64,000 bases of DNA from a virus: IMG/VR virus record IMGVR_UViG_3300045988_145476. The stretch is one strand, 5' to 3'. Shown piece by piece: positions 40,210 to 49,116 of this stretch. Each line of letters begins with the position of its first letter. The first letter of the stretch is position 1. A model generated the notes under the pieces. That model was not told the origin of the DNA and did no database searches. It saw only the letters and a program-made list of their open reading frames with translations. Both the position numbers and the translations under genes were made by a program.

Positions 40210-41784
40210 ATGGGAATTGATGTTGGTGGAATGAACCCTACGGGAGTTGGTAGCTATAACGGTTATCCGGGTTCTAAATATTGGAATGTGGACTCTCGTC
40301 CTCTTAGCGAGGCTACTAATGTATTGCGCTCTTTCGTATTGCAGAATATCGTTCAAGATAACCAGTGGGAACTTGACCGTATTACTAAATACTACTTGTA
40401 TTGGAAGTTCTATGACGGGATGCATTATAAGGACTTCAATGATGGGATGCTTTCTTTCAACTATATCAAGGCATTTATTGATAAGGTTAACATGTTCCTG
40501 CTTGGAAACGAGGCTTTCAATTTTCGTGTGCAGAGCTATTATACCACCCAAGTTGATAAGGAAGTTGAGAAGAACGCTGAGGAACTTATGATGTACCACT
40601 GGGGTAAGTCCGATAAATTGCAGCTCGCCTATGAAATGCTCCAGATGGGTAGTATTACTGGTGATTGTTGGCTCGGTGTTAATTGGGAAGAAGAGGAACG
40701 TTACTGCCGTATTTCTGTTTATGACAGCCGTCAGTGCTTCGTTACATTTAAGAACGGAGATTACAATAGACAAGAAAGCTTTATGGTTCGTATGCCCCTC
40801 GACCAGAACTCCAATGAGAAACATTACCGTTTGTACGTGGTTCGCTGGACGGAAGAAAGTTACGAGACTTGGTACCAGACTGATGTTTCCATTGAGGAGA
40901 GTAAAGTCGCCAAATACGAATACCAGAGAACTGATAACCCGTATGGCTTTATACCAGTAGTCCATATAAAGAATAAGCCTAACTCTGCTGGGTATTACGG
41001 TAAATCGGACGCAAATGATATTCTCAAAATCAATAAGATTTATAACGAGATTATGCAACAGTTGAAAGCCGTAATTGATTATCATGTTACACCGACAACG
41101 GTAATTACCGGAGCTTCTGCTAAGTCGCTTAAAAAAGGCCTCGGCCAAATATGGTCTGGACTACCTGCCGAAGCTAACGTGTTTAATCTTGGCTTGGATG
41201 TTGACCTTTCCGCTACGGTGAATTTTGCCAAGGACTTAAAGACAGCCATGCACGAACTTTCCGATGTTCCGGAAAACGCACTCGGTAAAATTCAGGCTAT
41301 CAGTAATACTTCTGCGGCCGCTTTACAAATTACTTATCACCCGCTGATACAACAGGCGAATATCAAAGCTCTTACTTATGGTGAGGGAATTACCAAAGTA
41401 AACAGCATGATACTCCGGATGCTTCAAGTAATGGACCCCGATAATTCACGTTTGAAGAAACTGCTCCGGAAGTCCAAAGACTTTTTAGTTGAAAACAAAA
41501 TCGAGCCTGTATTCGCTTACGGTTTTCCGAAAGATAAAATGGATGAACTTCAACGGGCACAACTTGAATTGCAAATGAAGTTGAGTTCCCGTAAGGACAT
41601 TATGGAACGTATGGGTAAACAAAATATTCCCGAACTTCTGGATGAAATTGATGAAGATACCATACATCAGGCGATGGTTCAAGAACAAATTAACCGTCTT
41701 TCGGGTTTTGGTACTGTGAGTGAACAAGCCGGTGAAAATACTGGCGAAGATACTGGTGAAAACGGTCTGGAAAATGAAGAATAA
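40210..41784 (+). CDS. portal protein
   Basis: 524 aa, immediately after terL. '...ISNTSAAALQITYHPLIQQA...' resembles the SPP1-gp6-type portal core (SG.ALk..Y.PL). Acidic C-terminal tail. Confidence 0.8.
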   Translation: MGIDVGGMNPTGVGSYNGYPGSKYWNVDSRPLSEATNVLRSFVLQNIVQDNQWELDRITKYYLYWKFYDGMHYKDFNDGMLSFNYIKAFIDKVNMFLLGNEAFNFRVQSYYTTQVDKEVEKNAEELMMYHWGKSDKLQLAYEMLQMGSITGDCWLGVNWEEEERYCRISVYDSRQCFVTFKNGDYNRQESFMVRMPLDQNSNEKHYRLYVVRWTEESYETWYQTDVSIEESKVAKYEYQRTDNPYGFIPVVHIKNKPNSAGYYGKSDANDILKINKIYNEIMQQLKAVIDYHVTPTTVITGASAKSLKKGLGQIWSGLPAEANVFNLGLDVDLSATVNFAKDLKTAMHELSDVPENALGKIQAISNTSAAALQITYHPLIQQANIKALTYGEGITKVNSMILRMLQVMDPDNSRLKKLLRKSKDFLVENKIEPVFAYGFPKDKMDELQRAQLELQMKLSSRKDIMERMGKQNIPELLDEIDEDTIHQAMVQEQINRLSGFGTVSEQAGENTGEDTGENGLENEE

Positions 41785-41811
41785 GGTATTAACCGTTAAA
41801 ATTTAATTGTT

Positions 41812-41819
41812 TACCTTTG
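41812..41819 (+). promoter_or_regulatory. -7 box TAccTTTG
   Basis: Exact TAnnTTTG in the 113-nt gap between the portal gene and the next gene. No clean -33 box. Confidence 0.4.
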
Positions 41820-41897
41820 CAATTTAAAAAATAAGGCGTATTTTTGATGCGCTATCAGTAGAAATCATAGTATGTTTCACATTTAAAATTTAGAATT

Positions 41898-42095
41898 ATG
41901 GCTGGACTACAAACGTTAGACCCCAAAAATCCCGAAGCTCTGCACGATATAGGGCAGAACAAAGGTATGCAGGTAAGCGAGAAGTTCGTGAATCCGGGTA
42001 CACCGGACGCTCCTCTTGTAAACAGAGAACAAATGACACAGGCTACCATTAAAGGTAACGGTGCGGACATCTTGAAAGCAAACCTCATTAAGTAA
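41898..42095 (+). CDS. small hypothetical head-module protein
   Basis: 65-aa ATG ORF. It shares a 12-nt leader with the gene at 43968. Confidence 0.45.
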   Translation: MAGLQTLDPKNPEALHDIGQNKGMQVSEKFVNPGTPDAPLVNREQMTQATIKGNGADILKANLIK

Positions 42096-42134
42096 ACCAA
42101 CAATTTGTAAAACTTCTAATTGTAGAAAAGAACA

Positions 42135-42887
42135 ATGAACGAAGACGAAAGAAAAGTAGGAATACCGGAAAGTATTACGATTAATGGCGTTACTTATTCT
42201 GTAAAGGATACTCCAGAACTGCAACAGTTCATTCAATCAGTCGCCAAAGTAGAAAAAGCTAAATTGTACTCCCAGTTTGAGAGTATGAAGCGGCAAATTG
42301 ATGCCCTCGGCAAAGTACAGGTTTTACCGGAAACATCCACTGTACAAGAAATGCTCGAACAGGTTAAAAGTACACTCAAAGAGGATTTGCGGAATGAACT
42401 TCCCTCTCTCCTTAAAGAAGTTGTTCAACCAGTACTTACCGCTACCGAGCAATCCCGTTTGAATGAAATTGAAGCGTTCAAGGAAAAACTTTTGAAGGAA
42501 AACGAGGGAGCCTGCTTCCCCGAACTTGTAGAAGGAAACACACGAGAAGAGTTACTCGCATCTATGGAAAAATCAAAGAATCTCCGTGCTAAGTATAGCG
42601 CTCCTTTCATTAATCCAAATGCGGATACTCACGTAACAGACCCGTTGCTTGAAAAACAAAGAGCGGAAATGATGGGGCAACAATCTACTCCTACGCCAGC
42701 TCCCGCACCTGCTCCCGCACCTCAAGCACCGTCTACTCCTACGGTTCCACCGGCAGCACCACGTGTTCCCTCTCCAGAGGCTTCCGAACCGACTAACATC
42801 AAACGGATGTCAATGTCAGAGTTTGAAAAGAACCGTGAGCAGTTGAGAGCACAGCTTGAACAGACTTACGGTAACGGAACTCTCTAA
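42135..42887 (+). CDS. scaffolding protein (putative)
   Basis: It lies between the portal and capsid genes. Long helical, charged sequence with a 'PTPAPAPAPAPQAPSTPTVPPAAP' linker. Confidence 0.55.
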   Translation: MNEDERKVGIPESITINGVTYSVKDTPELQQFIQSVAKVEKAKLYSQFESMKRQIDALGKVQVLPETSTVQEMLEQVKSTLKEDLRNELPSLLKEVVQPVLTATEQSRLNEIEAFKEKLLKENEGACFPELVEGNTREELLASMEKSKNLRAKYSAPFINPNADTHVTDPLLEKQRAEMMGQQSTPTPAPAPAPAPQAPSTPTVPPAAPRVPSPEASEPTNIKRMSMSEFEKNREQLRAQLEQTYGNGTL

Positions 42888-42921
42888 GACAAGTAATTAC
42901 AATTAAAATTTAAAGCTCTTT

Positions 42922-43920
42922 ATGAATACACTTTTGTTTATTGTGGTAGCCTTTGTGCTTCCATTCTTATCCGGATTGTTCTTTGGTACTACCACTTCGG
43001 CGGGTGCCAATGAGGGCGGATATACTTCAATTCCCCAAGCAGTTCGTGATTTCTATTCACGTGAAGTTCTTTTCCAAGCACAGCCCCGTTTACGTTTCTT
43101 GCAGTTCGCTAAGGTAAAACGTGACTTACAAGCGGTACGAGGAAAGTCTATTGTTTTTGTTAAATATGATAATTTGGCCGGCGGTGGTTCACTGGAAGAA
43201 AGTGATGTATTGACACCCGAAGGTATGAGTACTTCGGAAATCATTTGTCCAGTTAAAGAACAGGCTAATTCCGTACAAGTAACAGAATATTTATTGCGTA
43301 CATCATTGTTGGACGTATTAGGAGACGCTTCAAAATTGCTCGCTAATAACATGGCGGTTGTTTTGGATAAGCAATTCCGTGATACCGTATTGGGTACGAC
43401 TAACGCTGTTTATGGTGGAGACGCTACCTCACTTACAACACTTGCAGCCGGTGACGGATTTACTACTAAGACCGTTAAAGACGCAGTTGAAACGCTTGCT
43501 ACACATAACGCCCCTCGTATTAATGGAGACTACTATGTATGTATAGCCCACCCGCATCAATTAAGACAGCTTCGTGATGATAGTAACTGGATTAATGCCA
43601 ATACTTATATGGGCCGTCGTCAGTTGTATATCGGAGAGGTAGGTATGTATGAAGGATGTATCTTCATTGAAACTACACAGATGCCTGTATTGGACGCTGC
43701 TGCTATTAAGGAAAAATATGGTGACGGAGCCACTATCTCTACCGCTTATGAAGCAGTGTTCTTCGGAGATAACGCATACGCATGGGGTGTAGCTCTTGAC
43801 GTTGAGCTTCGTGACGATGGTGTTGTAGAACTCGGCCGTAAACACACACTTGGTTGGTACGGTATTTGGGGTACTACTATCCTCGAAGAAAAGAATATTG
43901 TAAAGGCTCTCACCGCATAA
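42922..43920 (+). CDS. major capsid protein
   Basis: 332 aa, after the scaffold gene. 'LRFLQFAKVK...GKSIVFVKYDNL...LTPEG...ICPVKEQANSVQVTEYL' resembles the N4-gp56/HK97-fold capsid families, from memory. A hairpin follows the stop. Confidence 0.7.
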   Translation: MNTLLFIVVAFVLPFLSGLFFGTTTSAGANEGGYTSIPQAVRDFYSREVLFQAQPRLRFLQFAKVKRDLQAVRGKSIVFVKYDNLAGGGSLEESDVLTPEGMSTSEIICPVKEQANSVQVTEYLLRTSLLDVLGDASKLLANNMAVVLDKQFRDTVLGTTNAVYGGDATSLTTLAAGDGFTTKTVKDAVETLATHNAPRINGDYYVCIAHPHQLRQLRDDSNWINANTYMGRRQLYIGEVGMYEGCIFIETTQMPVLDAAAIKEKYGDGATISTAYEAVFFGDNAYAWGVALDVELRDDGVVELGRKHTLGWYGIWGTTILEEKNIVKALTA

Positions 43921-43924
43921 CGGT

Positions 43925-43943
43925 GGGAACCTTTTCCCTTTTT
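43925..43943 (+). terminator. weak terminator hairpin after the capsid gene
   Basis: GGGAA (43925-43929) pairs with TTCCC (43934-43938) across a 4-nt loop. A T5 run follows. Confidence 0.35.
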
Positions 43944-43967
43944 AAATTCATCTAAAAAATTTAGAAT

Positions 43968-44243
43968 ATGGCTAAAGTTAAAAATCCCGTAGACACAGAG
44001 CTTGAAGAAACTCTGAATAATGAAGAAAGAAATGAAACCCAAGCCCCACAGGAAGAAGCCCATGCTCCGGAACCTACGCCAGTGGTGAACACCCGCACAA
44101 AGAATGTGCGTATTCGTGTAGTCGAAGACGTTGATTGTATTGTAGCGCAAAAACGTTATACGTACAAAAAGGGTGTAGATGTTGCAGTGCCTACTGATGT
44201 AGCAGCTATTTTATCAAACTCAAAAAAAGCGTATAGACTATAA
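43968..44243 (+). CDS. hypothetical head-module protein
   Basis: 91-aa ATG ORF with an acidic N-terminus. Confidence 0.5.
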   Translation: MAKVKNPVDTELEETLNNEERNETQAPQEEAHAPEPTPVVNTRTKNVRIRVVEDVDCIVAQKRYTYKKGVDVAVPTDVAAILSNSKKAYRL

Positions 44244-44246
44244 TCT

Positions 44247-45227
44247 ATGGCTCAATCTAAGGTAACTTTGAATGAAATAATGACAGCGGTTCGGGAGCTT
44301 ACTTTCGACCGCTTCATTATTCCCGCATTTGCCGTTAAGCAAATGGGAAAGGGAACTTTTTTGAAAGTTGACAAGACGTATCAACCGGAAGTAAGTGACG
44401 AAACCGAAGAAGTTATATTGGGAAAATTATCCATATACACCGTAACATCCGCCACTGAGGAAACCGAAGAACCTATTGAAAAAGAAATCGTAGCTTTGCC
44501 TTTCCAAGATTATCCCAATCTTGAAAGACTTATGGAAGGACTTATTGACCGAGGAATTGTTGTTGCATATACCCCGTACTTTAGAGGTGAAGAACCGTCT
44601 ACCTCACTTATTCAAGTTACTAAAGAGCTTACCGAAGATTTGACGCTTTTCCGGAAATACTTTTTCTCGGATGAAGATATAAAGGACATGATACGTTGGT
44701 ATTACCGATGTGTCTTGGATATTCCCGATGTAGACCTCAATGATGAAACGGTAGGTAAATTGAAAAGACCTTCCGAAAAACACCTTATTATATGGGTATC
44801 CTATTACCTTGTTGATAAACGCAGATTGTACGAAAACGCTGCTGGCGCAATAGGACAGTCGTTTACTGACGGCTCCGATTACAATGGTTCTACTGATATG
44901 AGCAATAGTGCCGGAACTACGACCACCGTACAAATCGGCTCTGTATTCTCCGTTACCGAAGACCCGTCCAAAGGTTATTTCTATGAAGATTATAATCGTG
45001 TCGGTTCTGATAATGTTTGGGGAGACAGATATTCGTTTTGGTATAGGCTTATGCTTTATTTGCGTGACTTGCTGGAAAATACTTTCGGAGATTACTCTTT
45101 ACGGAAAGACAACGTTATACCGGGTTATATCTCGTTGCAGCGTGAACTTGACTTTAGAGAATACTTCGACTCGTACCCTTTCGTTTTATCACCTCTTTCA
45201 AGAGGTATTATTTCAAAGACACCTTAA
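44247..45227 (+). CDS. hypothetical structural protein
   Basis: 326-aa ATG ORF in the head module. Confidence 0.55.
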   Translation: MAQSKVTLNEIMTAVRELTFDRFIIPAFAVKQMGKGTFLKVDKTYQPEVSDETEEVILGKLSIYTVTSATEETEEPIEKEIVALPFQDYPNLERLMEGLIDRGIVVAYTPYFRGEEPSTSLIQVTKELTEDLTLFRKYFFSDEDIKDMIRWYYRCVLDIPDVDLNDETVGKLKRPSEKHLIIWVSYYLVDKRRLYENAAGAIGQSFTDGSDYNGSTDMSNSAGTTTTVQIGSVFSVTEDPSKGYFYEDYNRVGSDNVWGDRYSFWYRLMLYLRDLLENTFGDYSLRKDNVIPGYISLQRELDFREYFDSYPFVLSPLSRGIISKTP

Positions 45228-45228
45228 T

Positions 45229-45810
45229 ATGGAACTTGGAATTTTACATAGTATTATTGGCGAGGTTTGGAAACCTATTAAGGATTTTCCTAATTATGTT
45301 GTATCTAATCGTGGAAGAGTGTATTCTTTTGCACGAGAGGAAATATACTGTGGAGTTATTCGTATGCGACATGGAAGATTTCTTGTGCCACGTTTAGGAA
45401 AGCAAGGATATTTGTATGTTGCCCTATGTAAAGAAGGACATACAAGTACTAAAAAGATTCATAGGCTTGTTGCTGAGGCTTTTTTGGACAATCCTAATAA
45501 CTTAGAGTGTGTAAACCATAAAGATGAATGTAGAACTAACAATAACGTAGAAAATCTTGAATGGTGTACCGTTGCTTATAATGTTACCTATGGAGATGCA
45601 AAAAAGAAAGCACAAAAACGGTTTATTGAAACTGGTTGGGCAAAAGGGGTTGAACAGTATGATATGAATGGAAATCTAATAGGAGTATTTTCTTCTATTT
45701 CTGAGGCTTCAAGAAACTCTGCATCATCTATGGCTGGAATTTGCTCTTGTTGTAGAGGGAGTAGAAACTCTGACAACGGGTTCATTTGGAAATATAAAAA
45801 AGCATCATAA
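45229..45810 (+). CDS. free-standing HNH homing endonuclease (NUMOD4 + HNH + C-terminal DNA-binding module)
   Basis: 'VWKPIKDFPNYVVSNRGRVYS' is the NUMOD4 part. 'HRLVAEAFLDNPNNLECVNHKDECRTNNNVENLEWCT' is the HNH_3 part. 'ISEASRNSASSMAGICSCCRG...GFIWKY' is IENR/NUMOD1-like. The ATG at 45229 starts 2 nt after the upstream stop. Confidence 0.9.
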   Translation: MELGILHSIIGEVWKPIKDFPNYVVSNRGRVYSFAREEIYCGVIRMRHGRFLVPRLGKQGYLYVALCKEGHTSTKKIHRLVAEAFLDNPNNLECVNHKDECRTNNNVENLEWCTVAYNVTYGDAKKKAQKRFIETGWAKGVEQYDMNGNLIGVFSSISEASRNSASSMAGICSCCRGSRNSDNGFIWKYKKAS

Positions 45811-45812
45811 TC

Positions 45813-46256
45813 ATGTTAGTTTCAAGAGCTTCTTTTCTGCGTTACCAGAATATGTTTTACCAGAAAATTCTTGCTACGCCATACGAAATTTCCTTGGAGA
45901 TTGTTACAGTACAACCTACACAACCTACCGAAGAATTTTCCTATGAGGCTTTTGTCGGTAACAGCCCCCGAACTTCTGAAACGTTTAAATTCAAGGCTCT
46001 CTACGAGAAGGAGATTCCTACTCGTGTTCGTGAAAAATATGGTATCCCTAAAGAAGTAAACGGAGTTGTTTATCTTTCACCAAAGCAGCTTACTCCGATT
46101 TTCGGAGATTTTCATTTAGATTGGAACCGCACCAAAGTTCACTTTGAAGGACGGGTGCAAGTAATCGAAAAAATAGTTTACCTTGAGGAGCTTACCCTGT
46201 ACAAAGATTGTGTAGGTATCCAGATATTCGTCAAGGACGACTTAAAAGGTGGATAA
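45813..46256 (+). CDS. hypothetical head-completion/adaptor-region protein
   Basis: 147-aa ATG ORF. The call is based on position only. Confidence 0.5.
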   Translation: MLVSRASFLRYQNMFYQKILATPYEISLEIVTVQPTQPTEEFSYEAFVGNSPRTSETFKFKALYEKEIPTRVREKYGIPKEVNGVVYLSPKQLTPIFGDFHLDWNRTKVHFEGRVQVIEKIVYLEELTLYKDCVGIQIFVKDDLKGG

Positions 46257-46257
46257 T

Positions 46258-46566
46258 ATGACAACTGTAAAAACGCATAAAAGAAAGGGACGTAATAGAG
46301 TCTCTGTTGTACGGCAGCACAATCGTAAAGATAAAGTGTCTGCCTTTCGTGGTGCTAAGACCTTTAGTTCCGCAACACGTGAAAATATGGCTGATAAGGG
46401 GACTGCTTTACCGGACGGTTCTTATCCGATAAAAAGTAAGCGTGATTTGGCTAACGCTATTTCTGCCTACGGTCGTGCAAAAAACCCAGAAGTGGTGAAA
46501 CGTTGGATTAAGAAACGTGCGAGAGCACTCGGTATGTGTGATATGTTACCCGCTAAATGGAAATAA
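46258..46566 (+). CDS. basic protein, shared N-terminal motif family
   Basis: The ATG at 46258 gives MTTVKTHKRKGRNRVSVVRQHNRKDKVS. The C-terminal half is 'LPDGSYPIKSKRDLANAISAYGRAKNPEVVKRWIKKRARALG'. Confidence 0.6.
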   Translation: MTTVKTHKRKGRNRVSVVRQHNRKDKVSAFRGAKTFSSATRENMADKGTALPDGSYPIKSKRDLANAISAYGRAKNPEVVKRWIKKRARALGMCDMLPAKWK

Positions 46567-46567
46567 T

Positions 46568-46903
46568 ATGAAAAGACATCGTGTTACACGGCATTGCAAG
46601 TCAGGAAAGTGTATTACCTATTGGAGAGGTAAAGAGGGTTCCCGTAGATTTGGTGAGGGTTCTGAATTTGAAAAGAAATTTTCTTCTTCCCGTGTAAACC
46701 GGATTAACAGAGCCTATGATGAAGCTGGAGTTTCCGCACCGAAAGGTAAGGGAATACATACAGTCGCTTTCCATGAACGTGCTACCGCTATTATGGGTTC
46801 TATGAAAAAAGGCAATAAACCCGTTAATAGAAACATGGCTTATGCGATTGCCATGAAACAACTTGGCCGTAAGAAGTCAGTTCTTAAACCACATAGGAGA
46901 TAA
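46568..46903 (+). CDS. basic protein, divergent member of the shared N-terminal motif family
   Basis: The ATG at 46568 gives MKRHRVTRHCKSGKCITYWRGKEGSRRFGEGSEFEKKF. Confidence 0.5.
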   Translation: MKRHRVTRHCKSGKCITYWRGKEGSRRFGEGSEFEKKFSSSRVNRINRAYDEAGVSAPKGKGIHTVAFHERATAIMGSMKKGNKPVNRNMAYAIAMKQLGRKKSVLKPHRR

Positions 46904-46907
46904 CGCT

Positions 46908-47126
46908 ATGAGTAAGACTAATAAGGATTTGATACACAACCCGTCCAAGATACCTCGTTATCCGGAGTTGGAAAGGGTTATCATGCGTGAACGGACTCCT
47001 CATGCTCCCATACGGGAAACCAATGAAGTACAGGCCGCTTATGAACAAATAGGATACACCCCTAACCACAATACGAAAAGCTGGTACAGGGATATTTATG
47101 AGTTCTACCAAAACAACGAAGTATAA
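46908..47126 (+). CDS. hypothetical protein
   Basis: The ATG at 46908 gives a 72-aa ORF. Confidence 0.45.
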   Translation: MSKTNKDLIHNPSKIPRYPELERVIMRERTPHAPIRETNEVQAAYEQIGYTPNHNTKSWYRDIYEFYQNNEV

Positions 47127-47599
47127 TGGGTAAGTTTCCTAAGATGCCTAAGTCTTTGCTCCGACTTCCACCGGGTTTCAAGAAACCTAAAGTGTCCGAT
47201 TTCAAAGACGATATGCAACACCTCGGAGAGGAAATCGCTGAGGAATTTAAGGAGACTGTCATTAACAATATCGAAAACAACGAGTACGGATTTCCTCTTG
47301 CAGAATCTACGGTAAAACGGAAAGGTTCTTCAACCCCGTTAATAGATAGTGGGCAACTTGTAGACTCTATCTACCGTGAAGGGACTTCCGTTTCCGTAAA
47401 GAATACCCCACGTGATGATAGCCCGCTTACTAATCTTGAATTGGCTATGGTACAAGAATACGGTACGAAAGACCGGCATATTCCTGCTCGTCCAGTATGG
47501 AGAAATACCTTTCGTGATTTTAAGGAAACCGCCCACGAGCGCATTTCCGATTTTTTAGAGAAACCAAAATTCAAAGACAGTGGAAGAAGTTCAGATTAA
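47126..47599 (+). CDS. virion morphogenesis / head-tail joining protein (HK97 gp10- or Mu G-like)
   Basis: 'LAESTVKRKGSSTPLIDSGQLVDSI...VQEYGT..RHIPARPVWR' resembles the family pattern (..kg...pLidtG.L..si ... e.Gt...iPaRPf). Confidence 0.5.
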   Translation: MGKFPKMPKSLLRLPPGFKKPKVSDFKDDMQHLGEEIAEEFKETVINNIENNEYGFPLAESTVKRKGSSTPLIDSGQLVDSIYREGTSVSVKNTPRDDSPLTNLELAMVQEYGTKDRHIPARPVWRNTFRDFKETAHERISDFLEKPKFKDSGRSSD

Positions 47600-47981
47600 A
47601 CCTTATAAACGCAGAGGTAAAAACGGTTCGATGGTTTCTGTAAGCGGTTATACCCGTAGAGTTGGACGTAAAGGACAACGCTCTCCCAAAAGGGAGAAAA
47701 AGTCTTCTTCCAACGCTGCTGCACCGGGTTCCGAATTTATCAATAAAAAAGCTGCTGCCGAAAGCGTGAAAAAACGACCTCTGACACCCAAAGAAGAAAA
47801 ATGGATGCGTGATTGGGATGCCGCTGCCCGTAAAGCGAGTATGCGGAACTCCTCTTTTGCATACGACCGACAAAAAGGAATTAACAGTTATTCCGCTAAG
47901 GAAGAACCCAAGAAGTCTTCCATGTCGGATATAAAGAAACTAACCAAACGAGTATTTAACTTTATAAAGAAGAAAAAATAA
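47580..47981 (+). CDS. basic protein, shared N-terminal motif family (GTG start)
   Basis: (GTG)MEEVQIKPYKRRGKNGSMVSVSGYTRRVGRKG, then 'APGSEFINKK'. There is no in-frame ATG before the motif. Confidence 0.5.
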   Translation: MEEVQIKPYKRRGKNGSMVSVSGYTRRVGRKGQRSPKREKKSSSNAAAPGSEFINKKAAAESVKKRPLTPKEEKWMRDWDAAARKASMRNSSFAYDRQKGINSYSAKEEPKKSSMSDIKKLTKRVFNFIKKKK

Positions 47982-48283
47982 TGGACGGTTTATTTATCAG
48001 ATTATTCGATATATTCTCTTTAGAGTATATGTTCTCCGTGATTATCGCTACATACTTTCTTATCAAGCTGATAGACATTCTGAACGGGGAAGCTACTGTA
48101 CCAACGTGGCAAAAACGGTTAGTCACTTTTGCGGTGGGAACCGCTGCTTTCGTTATCTTTCGGAAGTTTACCGATATTCCTACCGATAGTTTGATTGCTT
48201 CTTACTTTGCGGCCCTTTTCGTTTATGATACGGCTATAAAGTTCCTTATTAAGAAATTCAATGTTGACTATAAGAAATGCTGA
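47981..48283 (+). CDS. small membrane protein (2 TM; holin-like topology)
   Basis: 100 aa. Hydrophobic segments 'YMFSVIIATYFLIKLIDIL' and 'LVTFAVGTAAFVIF'. Confidence 0.45.
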   Translation: MDGLFIRLFDIFSLEYMFSVIIATYFLIKLIDILNGEATVPTWQKRLVTFAVGTAAFVIFRKFTDIPTDSLIASYFAALFVYDTAIKFLIKKFNVDYKKC

Positions 48284-48867
48284 CTACAATAAAACAGGTA
48301 AACGAGGAGTTTTTCCGTATTTTTCACGGCGTTAAAATCAATGTGAACGGTACAGAAAAACTCCTTTTGTGTCGTTATGCCAAGAAGTCCAGTTACGACT
48401 ATGTGGAAGAACAGGAGAACCAGATTTATCCTTGTATCGCCATTCAGGATTACGTTCCCACTCCGAAACAGGAATGGTTTATTGACATGAAAGCCTATTT
48501 TGGTGGTAAGTCATTAGATGGTCTTACCGGATATTTGTATCAAAGACCTATATGGATGAATTTCCGCTATGATGTCAGTATCGTTTCCAAGAGTTACTTC
48601 GAGTTTATGGCTATGCAGGAGTACTTTATGAAGAATCTTGTCTACGGAAAACGCTTCTTGTTTAATTCCCAGTTGACTGGAGACGACCAAGTAGGGGATG
48701 TTGTTCCGTACACCATAAGGGAAACCGATATTCCCCGTACAGACGGGGTACATGAAATGAACTACGAGTTCAATCTTTCCGTATGGCTTTATCCGAAAGA
48801 TGCAGAGGAAGTTTCTCTTGTGCAGAATGTTGTCCTCCAACTTATACAAAAAGATTTGGATAAGTAG
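48277..48867 (+). CDS. hypothetical structural protein (neck/tail-terminator region)
   Basis: 196-aa ATG ORF. The call is based on position only. Confidence 0.5.
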   Translation: MLTTIKQVNEEFFRIFHGVKINVNGTEKLLLCRYAKKSSYDYVEEQENQIYPCIAIQDYVPTPKQEWFIDMKAYFGGKSLDGLTGYLYQRPIWMNFRYDVSIVSKSYFEFMAMQEYFMKNLVYGKRFLFNSQLTGDDQVGDVVPYTIRETDIPRTDGVHEMNYEFNLSVWLYPKDAEEVSLVQNVVLQLIQKDLDK

Positions 48868-48886
48868 TTTTTAGTTTATATATTTG
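48855..48886 (+). promoter_or_regulatory. consensus Bacteroides-type promoter (TTTG-N20-TAtaTTTG)
   Basis: TTTG at 48855-48858 and TATATTTG at 48879-48886. Confidence 0.55.
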
Positions 48887-48906
48887 AGCATAAAAAGTTA
48901 TTGGCT

Positions 48907-49116
48907 ATGAGTAAGAACAAGACAGAAGTCACCGAGCAAATCGGCGCAAAAAAATCTCCGAATGTCAAGACTAAAGTTCTCCGTAACAACGGGTTCAATA
49001 AAGTAGAACTTATCTTGGACGGTAAAAACGTTACGGTAGTGAAACCGGGTGATACCGTAACAGTTCCGGCAAATTATGTAGTACCTAAAGGTGTATCATT
49101 GATTGAGAGATTATGA
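48907..49116 (+). CDS. hypothetical protein
   Basis: I prefer the ATG at 48907 over the TTG at 48901. Confidence 0.45.
   Translation: MSKNKTEVTEQIGAKKSPNVKTKVLRNNGFNKVELILDGKNVTVVKPGDTVTVPANYVVPKGVSLIERL

Noticed and set aside
40195-41148. Long minus-strand ORFs: 40195-41148 (317 aa), 31809-32750 (313 aa), 51395-52420 (341 aa), 28492-29163 (223 aa), 39491-40189 (232 aa) and similar.
   Set aside because: They lie antisense to genes with clear identity or coherent context (portal, sheath, terL). Their compositions are skewed and low in complexity, so they are shadow ORFs.
44908-45228. 300-aa version of the HNH ORF extending upstream into the preceding structural gene.
   Set aside because: The upstream extension overlaps 44247-45227 out of frame and has odd composition. 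The NUMOD4 motif begins right after the ATG at 45229.
45229-45810. Group I intron carrying the HNH gene.
   Set aside because: The flanking ORFs each have their own stop and start, and they do not look like halves of one protein.
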